From a bacterium (GTDB lineage Bacteria > Verrucomicrobiota > Lentisphaeria > Victivallales > GWF2-38-69): 64,000 nucleotides of DNA. Below are positions 55,588 to 64,000 of the stretch, piece by piece (position 1 is the first letter of the stretch; each line of letters starts with the position of its first letter). A program made the translations under genes and the position numbers. Location: contig JAJXWI010000005.1 in NCBI GenBank assembly GCA_021781705.1, positions 1,130 through 65,129 of the forward strand. The letters are read 5' to 3'. The notes under the pieces were generated by a model, which saw nothing but the letters and a program-made list of their open reading frames with translations, searched no databases and was not told the origin of the DNA.

Positions 55588-56376
55588 ATGTGCCAGTTTC
55601 AAGCAGAACAGTCAAAAATAATTAATAACTGTAATATCAAAGGAAAATATTATCGCATAGATTTTATGTGTGAAAAAATTGCCGAGCTTGCCAGGCCAGG
55701 GCAATTTGTGCATGTTCAGATAAAAAATATGGGGGAGAGGCTGTTCAGAAGGCCATTTAGTATATTTGATGTGTCCGATGATGGCGTCCTTTCAATAATT
55801 TACAAAGTTGTAGGTTATGGTACATGTGTTTTGTCGGGGTTGAAAAATGGAGAAATATGTGACATTCTTGGGCCTCTTGGTAATAGCTACAGCATTCCGG
55901 AAATAGGTGAAACTCCAATTATTACTGCCGGCGGGTACGGAGCCGCATCAACGTATTTGTTGGCAAAGAACTCTCAGACAAAAGGGAAAGTGCTTTTGGG
56001 TGCAAAAAACAAAGACGAACTTATTTTGTGCGATGAATATAAGCGATTAGGATTTGATGTAGAAATAGCTACAGACGACGGAAGCTGTGGTTATTCTGGA
56101 CTAGTTACAGACTTGCTTGCGTATTTTCTAAAAGAGGCAGGGATTAAGATTTACGGATGCGGCCCGAACTCGATGATGTACGCCATAACTAAAATGTTAA
56201 AGGGTACATCCAAAATAGCCGAATTAAGTTTGGATGAAAATATGTGCTGCGGTGTAGGGGCTTGTTTTGGCTGTGTAATAAAGGTGGTTGCAAAAAACGA
56301 AAAAGGCTGGGAATACAAAAGGTCATGCAATGAGGGGCCGGTGTTTAAGTCCAATGAAATTTATCTGGATTTTTGA
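55588..56376 (+). CDS. pyrK: Dihydroorotate dehydrogenase (class 1B) electron-transfer subunit
   Basis: PGQFVHV and RRPFSI (FAD-binding), GGYGAAS (NAD fold), and a C-terminal 2Fe-2S cluster CCGVGACFGCV...C. Confidence 0.88.
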   Translation: MCQFQAEQSKIINNCNIKGKYYRIDFMCEKIAELARPGQFVHVQIKNMGERLFRRPFSIFDVSDDGVLSIIYKVVGYGTCVLSGLKNGEICDILGPLGNSYSIPEIGETPIITAGGYGAASTYLLAKNSQTKGKVLLGAKNKDELILCDEYKRLGFDVEIATDDGSCGYSGLVTDLLAYFLKEAGIKIYGCGPNSMMYAITKMLKGTSKIAELSLDENMCCGVGACFGCVIKVVAKNEKGWEYKRSCNEGPVFKSNEIYLDF

Positions 56377-56426
56377 TTCTAAATTCCAGGTTTTAAATTG
56401 ATTTAAACTGGTCATAGTTTTTATTA

Positions 56427-56447
56427 CAATCAACAATCAACAATCAA
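56427..56447 (+). repeat. Heptamer tandem repeat CAATCAA x3
   Basis: caatcaa caatcaa caatcaa, ending 2 nt before the pyrD ATG. No purine-rich Shine-Dalgarno is visible there. Confidence 0.85.
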
Positions 56448-56449
56448 AT

Positions 56450-57367
56450 ATGGCGAATTTAACGACAAATCTAGGGAAGTTGGTACTGACGAATCCGGTA
56501 ATGACCGCTTCCGGCACTTTCGGGTACGGAGAAGAGTATGCGAAGTTTTATCCATTGAAACAGCTTGGAGCGGTTGTGGTCAAAGGTATTTCGCCGTTTC
56601 AGTGTCACGGAAACCCGATGCCGCGGATATGCGAGACCTCAAGCGGCATGCTTAACGCCATAGGTCTGCAGAATCCAGGTGTTGATAATTTTATAAACAA
56701 GCCCGAATATTTGCCGTTTCTTAGAAAAGCGGGGGCTGTTGTTATTGTAAACATTTGGGGTAAATCCGTGGAAGATTACTGCGCTGTCGCAGAAAAGCTT
56801 GACGGCGTGGAGGGAATAGCAGCGCTTGAGATAAACATTTCATGCCCGAACATAAAAGAGGGTGGAATTGCCTTCGGAACAGATCCTGTGTTGGCTGCAA
56901 AGGTCGTTTCTTCGGTAAGAAAAAAAACAAAGCTTCCAGTGATTACCAAATTAAGCCCGAATGTAACGAAAGTGTCCGAGTTTGCGAAGATTGTCGTGGG
57001 CGAGGGGGCGGATATGATTTCACTCATAAACACATATCCCGGAATGGCCATTGACATAGAGACCAGAAAATCTAGGATAGCGAATATTACTGGTGGTCTT
57101 AGCGGACCTGCGATAAAACCTATAGCCATAAAAATGGTTTACGAGACTGCAAATGCTGTCGATGTGCCGATAATTGGTATGGGCGGAATTTTTACGACCG
57201 CAGATGCAATAGAGTTCTTCCTTGCCGGAGCTGATGCTGTTGCCATAGGTACTGCTAACTTTATTGACCCGATGACCCCGATAAAAATCATTTCAGGAAT
57301 CAACGAATACCTAGACTCTCATGGATACTCCGGTATAAAAGAACTGGTTGGAAATCTGGCCATATAA
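56450..57367 (+). CDS. pyrD: Dihydroorotate dehydrogenase (class 1B) catalytic subunit
   Basis: NPVMTASGTFGYG, NAIGLQNPG, EINISCPN, LSPNV, TGGLSGPAIKPIA, IGMGGI. Confidence 0.92.
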   Translation: MANLTTNLGKLVLTNPVMTASGTFGYGEEYAKFYPLKQLGAVVVKGISPFQCHGNPMPRICETSSGMLNAIGLQNPGVDNFINKPEYLPFLRKAGAVVIVNIWGKSVEDYCAVAEKLDGVEGIAALEINISCPNIKEGGIAFGTDPVLAAKVVSSVRKKTKLPVITKLSPNVTKVSEFAKIVVGEGADMISLINTYPGMAIDIETRKSRIANITGGLSGPAIKPIAIKMVYETANAVDVPIIGMGGIFTTADAIEFFLAGADAVAIGTANFIDPMTPIKIISGINEYLDSHGYSGIKELVGNLAI

Positions 57368-57526
57368 GTCATAGGATATCCTTTTTGTATTTGCTGCTGC
57401 CGATCTATCCTCGTGAATTGCAATTATCCGCATGTTACAGTAATTTGTTCTTTCTTTTTTAACTATGTAAATCAGCAATTCTCGATAATTTGAATATTTA
57501 TTATCATTTATATTTGGAGATTATTT

Positions 57527-58435
57527 ATGAGACCGGTACTGGTTGTAATGGCGGCGGGAATGGGAAGTCGCTATGGCGGACTTAAACAGATAGATCCTGT
57601 TGGTCCTAATTGTGAATCAATAATGGACTATTCTATCTATGATGCAGCAAAAACAGGTTTTGGCAAAGTTGTTTTTATTATCAGGCATGAGATAGAAAAT
57701 GAGTTCAAAAGTGTAATAGGCAGCAAGTACAGAAACATAATTCCTGTGGAATATGCATTTCAAGAAAAAAGTTCTTTGCCTTTAGGTTATTCATGCTCGG
57801 AGGAGAGGAAAAAACCATGGGGCACAGGGCACGCTATTTTGATGGTAAAAGATATTGTTAAAGAGCCTTTCGCGGTTATAAATGCCGATGATTTTTACGG
57901 AAGAAAAGCATTTGAATTGATTTTTAATTGTCTCAGCAGTGCCAAGGATGAGGAATATCTTAATTACAGTATGGTTGGATTCCTTTTAAAAAATACTTTA
58001 TCGGAGCACGGATATGTTTCCAGGGGCGTGTGTCGATGCGACGCTTCGGAATATCTTGAAAATGTGGTAGAAGTAATGCACATAGAACAGGATAATGGCG
58101 GAGCAAAATATCTGGACGAGAATGGGCGTTATAGTAAGTTGACAGGCAACGAAATTGTTTCGATGAATATGTGGGGGTTTACACCGTCTATTTTTGCGCG
58201 TCTGGAAAAGATGTTTATTGAGTTTCTGGAGCGTAATATTAATGATGTGAAGTCTGAATTTTATATTCCAAGCGTGGTAGATTCTTTGATCAAAAATGGA
58301 GAAGCAAAGGTTAAGGTTTTAAATAGTCCTGAGCGTTGGTTTGGGATAACCTACAAGGAGGACAAGCCAAATGTTGTTCTGGCTGTGAGAGGTCTTATAG
58401 AAAAAGGATTTTACCCTGAAAAGTTATTTAGTTAA
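57527..58435 (+). CDS. Sugar-phosphate nucleotidyltransferase-like protein (NTP_transferase fold)
   Basis: N-terminal VVMAAGMGSRYGGLKQ (G-x-G-x-R...K signature), KPWGTGHA, VINADDFYG. Confidence 0.72.
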   Translation: MRPVLVVMAAGMGSRYGGLKQIDPVGPNCESIMDYSIYDAAKTGFGKVVFIIRHEIENEFKSVIGSKYRNIIPVEYAFQEKSSLPLGYSCSEERKKPWGTGHAILMVKDIVKEPFAVINADDFYGRKAFELIFNCLSSAKDEEYLNYSMVGFLLKNTLSEHGYVSRGVCRCDASEYLENVVEVMHIEQDNGGAKYLDENGRYSKLTGNEIVSMNMWGFTPSIFARLEKMFIEFLERNINDVKSEFYIPSVVDSLIKNGEAKVKVLNSPERWFGITYKEDKPNVVLAVRGLIEKGFYPEKLFS

Positions 58436-58621
58436 AATCTGAGGGGTTTAAAGACAATACTATTTTTTCCTTCAGGAGAAGCTTCATTGACCTGAAAATT
58501 GAATGTTAGTTTTTTGTTAGTAGTTCTCCTGCTGATTTGTCCATTCCTGTGTATTGGTGTAGTTTCTCTTCCAGAGTGCGATGAAAAGCACTTTATGTTG
58601 ATTCAAAAATGGAGGTTAATT

Positions 58622-58816
58622 ATGTTTTTTCATAGTAATAGACTAGAAAAAAGCGTTGCCGTTCCTGATAGCGAATGTTATAAATATATCCGCGCCTCAA
58701 ATTCAGGCAACCCAAACTTTATTGTTTGTACTATCGATCTGAATGGTAATAAATTGACAAAAAAAGTCACTAAAAATGAGTTCGACGAATTAATGTGCCG
58801 TTCAGTAGAATACTAA
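58622..58816 (+). CDS. Small hypothetical protein (64 aa)
   Basis: ATG 58622 has GGAGG 7 nt upstream, and a strong terminator follows. The ORF track version starts at TTG 58499 and would add a hydrophobic N-terminus, but has no RBS at a suitable distance. Confidence 0.5.
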   Translation: MFFHSNRLEKSVAVPDSECYKYIRASNSGNPNFIVCTIDLNGNKLTKKVTKNEFDELMCRSVEY

Positions 58817-58848
58817 ATAATACTTGTCAAAACTAATAGTTTAACTTG

Positions 58849-58883
58849 GCGTTGTCCCACTGCGGGACAACGTCTTTTTTTTT
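58849..58883 (+). terminator. Rho-independent terminator
   Basis: 9-bp perfect stem CGTTGTCCC/GGGACAACG, a 5-nt loop, then a run of nine T. Confidence 0.85.
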
Positions 58884-59126
58884 GACTAGACCAAGGTAGT
58901 TTATTCGCCTTCCTGTATTTTTTACGATTCGATAATGCAGTACATTAATTTCTTGGCTATTATGCGAAGTAACTGCATGAAATACAGCTTATTATTTGAG
59001 CAGGAGAATAAATTTCACAAAAAAAAGAGTTTTTTTAAATAAAAATGCTACACTGTTGGGCTGTAGCAACCAAAACTTATCTCTTAAGACTTTTGGAAAT
59101 AATGTAAACTTAATTTTCAACTGCTG

Positions 59127-59155
59127 AGTTTTTGGTATATATGCCGTGATATAAT
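59127..59155 (+). promoter_or_regulatory. Candidate extended -10 promoter for the DAACS symporter gene
   Basis: TGATATAAT (TG-n-TATAAT; the TATAAT is at 59150..59155), ~35 nt upstream of ATG 59189. The -35 region is weak. Confidence 0.35.
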
Positions 59156-59188
59156 CATATTTAATTACCTGTAAAGGGAGAACGTACA

Positions 59189-60451
59189 ATGGGAAAATTA
59201 AAAGGGTCAACAGTAATTTTAATTTCTATGGGATGTGCTCTTGTTTTTGGTTTGACTGTAAATATCATAACTACCTGTTATGGTTTTAAGCAAGAGTATC
59301 TGGCTCTCGAGAAATTTGTAATAGCTCCGATCGGGGATGTATTTCTAAAATTGCTACTGGTTGCTATCGTTCCAATTGTATTTCTTGCTATCGCCGGGGG
59401 AATAATGGAGCTCGGTCAGGATAAAGATAAACTTAGGCGCGTCAGCATAAAAGCCGTAACCTACTACTTTTTAACGACACTGTTTGCTGTGATCATAGGA
59501 GTGGGGTTGGCATATCTTATAAAACCTGGAGCTACCGGACATCCAACTGCTCTTCTGGAGTTAAAGCACAATATGCAGTCTGTTAGCATGATAGATACTA
59601 TTGTGAGCATGTTTCCTAAAAATATTTTTGCATCGTTAACTGAAGGAAATATGCTGCAGATTATGGTTTTTGCGATATTTTTTGGGATAGCTATAGTAGT
59701 TATGGGCGGCAAAGAATCTAACAGAGTTAAAGAGCTGGTACACTATTTCACTTCGGTAATGATCGAAATGATAAAAATTATAATGAAGTTTGCTCCAATC
59801 GGAGTGTTCTGTCTATTGGTAAAGGCGGTAGCAACTCAGGGATATTCTACAATCATAGGACTTGCCCTATATGTTATAACAATTTTAATAGGACTTGTTC
59901 TTCAGTTTGTTTTAGTCTATACCCCAATATTGATATTTGCGGCAAAAATTAATCCATTTACCTTTATAAAAAATATAGGAGAAGTTGCTGCCGTTGCATT
60001 TGCTACTTCCAGTTCTAAAGCGACTTTGCCTATATCCATGGAAGTTACGGAAAAAAGGTTCGGGGTAAGCCGCGATATGGTAAGATTTCTTATCCCCCTG
60101 GGAGCTTCAATCAACATGAACGGTGCGGCCATTATGCAGGGCGTAGGAATAATTTTTATTTCCCAGATATATCATGTTGATTTAAGTTTCCCAATGCTTT
60201 GCACTATTATTTTTACTGCGATATTCACTTCTGCTGGAGCGGCAGGCGTGCCCAGCGGTGCGACGATAATGCTTACTTCTATTTTGCTTATGGTAGGTAT
60301 TCCAGCTGAAGGGATAGCTCTCATTATGGGGGTAGACAGAATAGTCGATATGTGCCGAACCGTAGTGAATATTTCAGGAGATATTGTCTGTGCAGTAGCC
60401 GTGGCTGAGAGCGAAGGGGCGGTAACCAAGAATTCACCGGCTGTAGATTAA
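59189..60451 (+). CDS. Dicarboxylate/amino acid:cation symporter (DAACS family)
   Basis: Typical topology and motifs (AFATSSSKATLP, IPLGASINMNGAAI, GAAGVPSGA, GVDRIVDMCRTVVNISGD). Confidence 0.88.
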   Translation: MGKLKGSTVILISMGCALVFGLTVNIITTCYGFKQEYLALEKFVIAPIGDVFLKLLLVAIVPIVFLAIAGGIMELGQDKDKLRRVSIKAVTYYFLTTLFAVIIGVGLAYLIKPGATGHPTALLELKHNMQSVSMIDTIVSMFPKNIFASLTEGNMLQIMVFAIFFGIAIVVMGGKESNRVKELVHYFTSVMIEMIKIIMKFAPIGVFCLLVKAVATQGYSTIIGLALYVITILIGLVLQFVLVYTPILIFAAKINPFTFIKNIGEVAAVAFATSSSKATLPISMEVTEKRFGVSRDMVRFLIPLGASINMNGAAIMQGVGIIFISQIYHVDLSFPMLCTIIFTAIFTSAGAAGVPSGATIMLTSILLMVGIPAEGIALIMGVDRIVDMCRTVVNISGDIVCAVAVAESEGAVTKNSPAVD

Positions 60452-60599
60452 TCAATAATAGGTTTGTTCGCCGTCTTAAAATATTCTTAGATCTCGAATT
60501 CTCTCCTTTCTGTAGACCTTATTATTATTCGGTTCTTCTGCTTTTTTGCAGTTTTTTATACAAAAGCCACTTATTAAATAAAAAATAAAAAGAGGGATT

Positions 60600-61826
60600 A
60601 TGAGATACAGAATGAAAAGAATTACACTAAACATCTCTATTCTGCTGGGAACATGGGGTTTGTTAGTAGTTCCCGCAACAATACAAGCGGGAGCAGGCGA
60701 CCCGGTAACATTAGATCCCTCAATCATGAAAGTCTTTAAAATTTATATTCTACAAACTAAAAATGAAGTTATAGAAGCACATATAAACTTGTTAATGTAC
60801 TATCTATCAAATAATAAACATCAAAACCGTTTAGGCCCCTTGTGCCGTAACCAGCCACTAGATGCCGCGCCGCTAAAATGGGGTATAACATGCAATATTG
60901 AAGGGGTTAAGACTTTTTTATTGTATGCTGCAGACGACAGATCTAGAATGCTCATGGCTCTGGATTTTTGCGAAGGATATAATGATTGGAATAGGTTGCA
61001 GCTAGGAGAGTGTTCTGAACAACAGATAATATTATACACAAATCAGAAGGAAGGGCACAGAACTGAATACATCGGAGACTACCTTTACGCCGCCGGCGTA
61101 AACGAAGCCGCATCCATTAAAGGAAAACATTTTCCATGGATGTGCGAGGATCTTTATACAAAGGAAAAATGGAAGCTTGCGCATAAGAAGAGCTTATTGA
61201 AATATACTGAGCAATCAGAAAGCTATCACCCGGTATACGTGAATTCATTAATCATGAAAAACGTTAAAATTTGCATTCCAGAAATAATGGAGAGCGACGA
61301 CACTATAGCATTGCATTTCTTAATCATGGAAAATTTTCAATCCTGTATTCCAAATATAGAAAAAGAAGTCATGGAAGCACATATAAACTTGTTGATGTAT
61401 TCTCTGGCAAAAAACAAACACCAAAACCGTTTGGACCCCATGTCCGATACCCCCTTAGATATCAGGCCGCTAAAATTGGTCGAAACGTGCAGCATGGAAG
61501 AGTTTAGAACATTTTTGAAAAATAGTGAAGACGACAGAGCTAAAATGCTTATGATACTGGATTTCTGCGAAGGGTATAATGATGGGGTAAGGCTATATGG
61601 CTTCGGAGAGTGCTCTGAACAACAGATAATATTATACGCAAACCAGAGTGAAAAACACAGGACAAAAGAGATCGGCAAGTACATCTATGCTGCAGGTGTA
61701 AACACAGCCACAGCTATAAAAAAAACATATTTTCCATGGGGAGAGGAGAGATTTTATACAAAGAAACAATGGGAGGATGCACACAGAAAGCTCTCACAAA
61801 AAGAAATACAAGAATTTGGGTTCTAG
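60600..61826 (+). CDS. Secreted protein built from two tandem copies of the YAAGVN-motif domain (unknown function)
   Basis: Signal-like MRYRMKRITLNISILLGTWGLLVVPATIQA. The two ~150-aa halves are collinear (EAHINLLMY..., DFCEGYND, GECSEQQIILY, Y(L/I)YAAGVN, FPW...YTK..W..AH(K/R)K). The DNA repeat offset is ~600 bp. Confidence 0.8.
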   Translation: MRYRMKRITLNISILLGTWGLLVVPATIQAGAGDPVTLDPSIMKVFKIYILQTKNEVIEAHINLLMYYLSNNKHQNRLGPLCRNQPLDAAPLKWGITCNIEGVKTFLLYAADDRSRMLMALDFCEGYNDWNRLQLGECSEQQIILYTNQKEGHRTEYIGDYLYAAGVNEAASIKGKHFPWMCEDLYTKEKWKLAHKKSLLKYTEQSESYHPVYVNSLIMKNVKICIPEIMESDDTIALHFLIMENFQSCIPNIEKEVMEAHINLLMYSLAKNKHQNRLDPMSDTPLDIRPLKLVETCSMEEFRTFLKNSEDDRAKMLMILDFCEGYNDGVRLYGFGECSEQQIILYANQSEKHRTKEIGKYIYAAGVNTATAIKKTYFPWGEERFYTKKQWEDAHRKLSQKEIQEFGF

Positions 61827-61943
61827 GAACTACCATATACAAAGCAAATTAATAGTCGAATAAATGTTGCAAATTGAAAGGAATTGCCTAAAATGTACTC
61901 CTAACGGCATGTTAATATTCGAAAACTATTTCGGTAATGGTAT

Positions 61944-62540
61944 ATGCTTAAAAAAAGATTGTTTCCATTTTGTTCTGTTATGGCGATAGTTATTTCGTTA
62001 GCTGGTTGCGGTAATAAAGAGGACGACGAACCTACAAAGTACATACCGCAGACCGGTCTAGAGAAATTGACCAATGAAGCAGCCGATGAAACTGCTAAAC
62101 AAGCTGAAGTTAAGAAAAATCCTAACTTCTTTGTTGTTAAGGATATAGGTTGTAATACTGCTGAAGTTAGAGATTTGGACAGCCGGATTAGGCCTGTGTT
62201 AAAAAAACTATTAGTGGATGTGAAATTAGTTTCAGAATCTGGCGCTCCTGAAACAAAAATCGACGGCGAAATCGTGGAAAATCGGTTTGCATATGTGGCT
62301 AGCAAAATACTTGTGCCTAAGGACGGTGCGCCATTGCATGCAGCGCTACATGCTGCGGGTTTTAAACTGAGCCCTCGCTTAGGAGGTAAACCTACCATAT
62401 GGAGCGGAGGCGCAACGATGTCGTTATTTAAATCTACCTCTTTAAGATCTTACTCATTAGTTATCAATATTGATACCAAAAAGCAGCAGATAGTCGTAGA
62501 GTCATATCGTTTAGGTTCAAAGTACGACCGACTGATGTAA
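61944..62540 (+). CDS. Lipoprotein, unknown function
   Basis: MLKKRLFPFCSVMAIVISLAGCGNK has a lipobox. It lies 11 nt upstream of the large repeat-protein gene. Confidence 0.75.
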   Translation: MLKKRLFPFCSVMAIVISLAGCGNKEDDEPTKYIPQTGLEKLTNEAADETAKQAEVKKNPNFFVVKDIGCNTAEVRDLDSRIRPVLKKLLVDVKLVSESGAPETKIDGEIVENRFAYVASKILVPKDGAPLHAALHAAGFKLSPRLGGKPTIWSGGATMSLFKSTSLRSYSLVINIDTKKQQIVVESYRLGSKYDRLM

Positions 62541-62551
62541 AAGGAGAGTGC

Positions 62552-64000
62552 ATGAAAAAGAAAACATTTTTCTTTGGTTTAATCTTTGCGATTGTTTTTT
62601 TTCTCGGGGTGGCTAGTGCATATGCGTTTGCAAAAGAAGGAAGTAAAGAGGGGAAAGATGCAGTGCGGGAAGAGGGGCAGGATCAGGCGCAAAATATAGA
62701 TCATCTGCTAAAAGATATAGACGGTATTGCGCAAGTTGCCTTGAACAAACTCGTGCAAGCGGATGATCTGATGCAATTCGTTTCCGATACTCCTAAAAAC
62801 GTGAAAGAATCTCTGGACAAGATAATAATTCAGCTTAAAGGTGTTTCGCCAGGGACGTATATATTTGAAGGAGTGAGAGCGGTTGTGACTGATACAAATA
62901 ATATTATGGTCACGCAAACGAAGTCTTCGGGAAATTGCAGTTTGACTTTAACCTATTTAAACGGGCAGTTGGCGCTCAACGGGACTGCAAAAATGAGCGT
63001 GGGGAAATATGCCTGCAGTTCGGTAAATTTTACCATTAATGCGAACTTAAGCTACACTGGAACCGGACAAATCACTCTGCCGCTGATTGGAACCACGAAC
63101 TTTACTTTGAATGGGGATACGAAAGATTTTGTTGGCACAGCCACGAAGAACATGACAATGGCAGGCAGGAGTCAAAACATAACTTTTACCATAACTAAGA
63201 GTACTTTTACTGGAGTTGGGAATTTTAATTTTCCAGTACTCGGGCAGACCGCAATTACTATCAAGGGGGATGAAAAACAGGCAAAAGCGGTTATTGAAGC
63301 TAAAAGTATTTCATTAGCCGGTGGCGCCACTATGTCAGTGCGGAATATTGAAATTGATTCTCAGGGTAATCTTTCGGCAACAGGGGATCTGTATTTAGGA
63401 TCCTATAAATTTTCCAATGCAACGTTTAGCATTTCGTCCAATGGACAGGTTAATTTTAATGGTACAGCTACATTGAGTGTTGCCGGAATATCACAAGGAT
63501 TCAATTTGCAATTTGATGGCACGAAAGTTACTGCAAAAAGCGGCACAGGCTTAAGTCTGGGAGGATATACTTTTGTCGGAGCGTATCTGGAAATTACATC
63601 TTCCGGGCAGGTCAGTTTATCAGGCGGTACTCTTAATAATTTTACCATAAATGGAGTTTCAGGAGGATTTACTCTAAAATACGATAATACAAAACTTGCT
63701 CTTTATGCTGAAGGTAACTTGGGTATTGGGCTTGGCGAGTACACTTACCCTATGGCCAGATTTAAGATTTCGGCTGGTGGTATACCTACTTTGGATGGCG
63801 TAGTTAGTAAAATATTCTCAATTGCGGGTATCTCCACAAATTATACTCTTAAATACGAAAACGGGGTTCTTTTTGCCGAAGGAACGGCCGGTATATCTTT
63901 GAGTAGTTATAATTTTGCCGGGGCAAAATTTACAATTTCTTCCAACGGTACAGTAAGTTTATCTGGTAACACTAGCAGCAACTTTACCGTTGCAGGCATA
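62552..64000 (+). CDS. Large secreted repeat protein (N-terminal 482 codons; runs off the window)
   Basis: Edge-truncated, so absent from the ORF track. ATG 62552 with AAGGAGAG upstream, and the signal MKKKTFFFGLIFAIVFFLGVASAYA. From about residue 270 there are repeats of roughly 60 residues: F.ISS.G.V.L.G......FT..G.S..(F/Y).L(K/Q)(Y/F).N....A.G..G..L..Y.F.GA. Confidence 0.8.
   Translation, partial: MKKKTFFFGLIFAIVFFLGVASAYAFAKEGSKEGKDAVREEGQDQAQNIDHLLKDIDGIAQVALNKLVQADDLMQFVSDTPKNVKESLDKIIIQLKGVSPGTYIFEGVRAVVTDTNNIMVTQTKSSGNCSLTLTYLNGQLALNGTAKMSVGKYACSSVNFTINANLSYTGTGQITLPLIGTTNFTLNGDTKDFVGTATKNMTMAGRSQNITFTITKSTFTGVGNFNFPVLGQTAITIKGDEKQAKAVIEAKSISLAGGATMSVRNIEIDSQGNLSATGDLYLGSYKFSNATFSISSNGQVNFNGTATLSVAGISQGFNLQFDGTKVTAKSGTGLSLGGYTFVGAYLEITSSGQVSLSGGTLNNFTINGVSGGFTLKYDNTKLALYAEGNLGIGLGEYTYPMARFKISAGGIPTLDGVVSKIFSIAGISTNYTLKYENGVLFAEGTAGISLSSYNFAGAKFTISSNGTVSLSGNTSSNFTVAGI

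Overview
AT-rich (by eye) 64-kb chromosomal segment from a diderm bacterium. I cannot place the lineage without a database search. Motif-supported backbone genes: pilT (partial), GAF-EI ptsP, thiL, a ygfK-ssnA pair, a GT39 glycosyltransferase, an APC permease, a yerC-like gene, lptF/G, bamA, dnaB, the rpsF-ssb-rpsR-rplI cluster, pth, rplY, prs, STAS-mlaE/mlaF/mlaD, a YugP-like Zn peptidase, two divergent alanine racemase paralogs, MFS, HAD, a methyltransferase, family-B DNA polymerase, yicC, a pabB-pabC fusion, an ABC-F ATPase, pyrK-pyrD, an NTP-transferase and a DAACS symporter. I recognised no rRNA, tRNA, CRISPR array or intact mobile element. Unusual content: (1) three tandem paralogs of an orphan secreted protein (8.3-12.6 kb) with mosaic identity and trinucleotide-repeat-encoded C-terminal tails, next to an IS5 remnant. 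(2) A modular family of intergenic repeats (hairpin type-1, AT-rich type-2, type-3, and a 100-bp inverted pair), concentrated at 33.7-36.4 kb and scattered elsewhere. (3) G/T-rich heptamer tandem repeats in four short intergenic spacers. (4) polB translationally coupled to an unrecognisable 243-aa ORF. (5) A decayed IS1634-like element plus a secreted Cys/His peptidase-like gene, bracketed by about 134-bp direct repeats of the ABC-F gene 3' end. (6) A second orphan secreted family (YAAGVN motif), one member internally duplicated. (7) A large repeat-built surface protein running off the 3' edge. I cannot demonstrate a clear multi-gene novel system. The best candidates are the polB-243aa pair, the tandem secreted family and the repeat network. 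All functional calls come from manual motif recognition only.
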